From Phoronis australis (taxonomy: Eukaryota; Animalia; Phoronida), in assembly GCA_002633005.1 (NCBI GenBank), contig NMRA01000163.1, positions 218,071 to 282,070 on the forward strand: a DNA stretch of 64,000 bases, written 5' to 3'. A program made the position numbers and the translations under genes. The notes below the pieces were generated by a model. The model made no database searches and had not been told where the DNA came from. It saw only the letters and a program-made list of their open reading frames with translations. This document shows positions 62,535-64,000 of the stretch, one piece after another; position 1 is the stretch's first letter; each line of letters opens with the position of its first letter.

Positions 62535-63674
62535 ATGAGTTTCTACCAAAGCACAAACCAGTTGCTAAAATGTGGAGAAAGTTCAGAGCGGCTGCAATCT
62601 ATGCCGGGGAGTCGAGGTAATGTTTGCTTCTCCCAGAGCATAAGTGAAGAACCCGACAAGCCGATTTCCAAATCTGTTAGCTGTGAACGGGTGGTGCAAA
62701 TTGGATTAAAAACAAAGTCATGTTTGTCTTCTCAAAAAGCAGAAAAAATTCATTTGCGTGCTCGTTTGAACGAGACTCCACCAAACGATACTGCGACACA
62801 AAGTTTAAGCTTGGCGCCGGCGAAACAAGGCATGAAGAATCTGATAATACTGGGAACATGTTTTATGTTAGTTTTCACCGCATTTATGTCACTGAAAAAC
62901 GTCCAAAGTACTTTAAACGAAGAGGAAGGCATTGGAATGATATCCCTCTGCGTTCTATATGCTGCTTCAGTTGTATCGTGTTTTCTGTCGCCGTGGATCA
63001 TTCATAAACTGGGCACAAAGGGCACAATTTGCGTGACGTTTGCGATGCTGCTCATTTACACTGGGGCAAATTTTTACCCTAAAAATAGTGTTCTCATTAT
63101 CTCGTCAATCGTACTGGGTTTACTTAAAGGTCCACTCTGGAGTGCCCAGTCCACGTACCTGACAACACTTGCGTATAACTATGCCGCAGTTACCGCACAA
63201 GTTAACGATCTTGTCATCAATAGGTTCAATGGAATATTCAGTGCCATCTTTGAGACTAGCCAAATATGGGGTAATCTCGTCACGTCGTTTTTGTTCTCAG
63301 CTAACAATCACACGTTGAATTCGAATCCGTTGAATGAGACTACTGCCAGACGAGTCTGCGGCGCAAAGGATTGCGAACACCACAATGTCATAACGACTAT
63401 TTTGAAATCCAGCTCGTTTGCCGTCATACCAGCAGAGCTGGAATACCTGCTTCTCGGTATATTATGCGCCTGCGTCTTCGGAGGATTGTTGCTTAGTATT
63501 GTCTTCCTGGAAAGGGTGTCCCCCATTTCGGAATCAAAACCAACAATCCAGACATCAAAACAATTTCTCTTGTCAAGTTTCATGTTAATGAAAAACCTTA
63601 ACCTGCTTCTTCTCATTCCGATTGTTTTCTTCATTGGCCTACAGAGGGGTTTCCTTCTGGGGGATTTTACAAGG
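62535..63674 (+). CDS. UNC-93 homolog A-like MFS membrane protein, first coding exon (gene continues past window end)
   Basis: ORF from ATG 62535 contains KNLIILGTCFMLVFTAFMSLKNVQSTLNEEEGIG, YTGANFYP, GPLWSAQSTYLT, FNGIF...SQIWGNL and GFLLGDFT. It ends at donor AGG|GTGAGT (63674). Confidence 0.9.
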
Positions 63675-64000
63675 GTGAGTATTTAAATGTCTTCATTTTG
63701 TTAGCCTTAAGGGTACATGTACATGTACATGTATACTCCCGTACACTTTCCACGTTTAGAAGTGGCTACGTTTATAAAACTCCGGATGGTTGTAAAAGTG
63801 TATTCCGCCCTTTCACTCACCATTTCGTGACGTTTACGCAGATACGAGACTCATTACTGACGTCATTCCAAGACAAAATATTAAATCAATCCTTAAATTC
63901 ACTACACAAAATATATGTAACAGAGGAATATGGTGGGTGACATAATCACCATGGTGCAGGAGTAAAATTTCAGTGACCCGTGAAAGGTCACACTTAAGTT

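Overview
Eukaryotic, intron-rich animal genomic DNA. It looks like a marine invertebrate, probably a lophotrochozoan; that is inferred from the repeat families and frequent TACATGTA words, not proven. Most ORF-track entries are spurious. I reconstructed six spliced protein-coding genes by hand from splice sites and reading-frame phase: (1) GPN1, minus strand, partial, with a U12-type minor intron; (2) an LRRC14/PRAME-family LRR gene, plus strand, about 542 aa; (3) a complete DHRS11-like short-chain dehydrogenase, minus strand, 8 exons, 255 aa; (4) a divergent Rab GTPase, minus strand, 200 aa, with DTAGV instead of DTAGQ and a GC-AG intron; (5) an ANKRD60-like ubiquitin-like/ankyrin protein with a long Trp-repeat coiled-coil tail, plus strand, about 850 aa; (6) the first coding exon of an UNC93A-like transporter. 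The most striking non-genic feature is a ~1.66 kb TTAA-flanked Kolobok-type element present as three full copies and one partial copy. It carries convergent remnants of a THAP domain and a KolX-like N-terminus. Two same-orientation copies tightly bracket the whole DHRS11-like gene, like a composite transposon. Also present are a decayed LINE filling one intron, Helentron-associated (HINE/pearl-like) elements with higher-order core repeats, several MITEs and a ~1.5 kb foldback. No database searches were run, so family names come from motif recognition.
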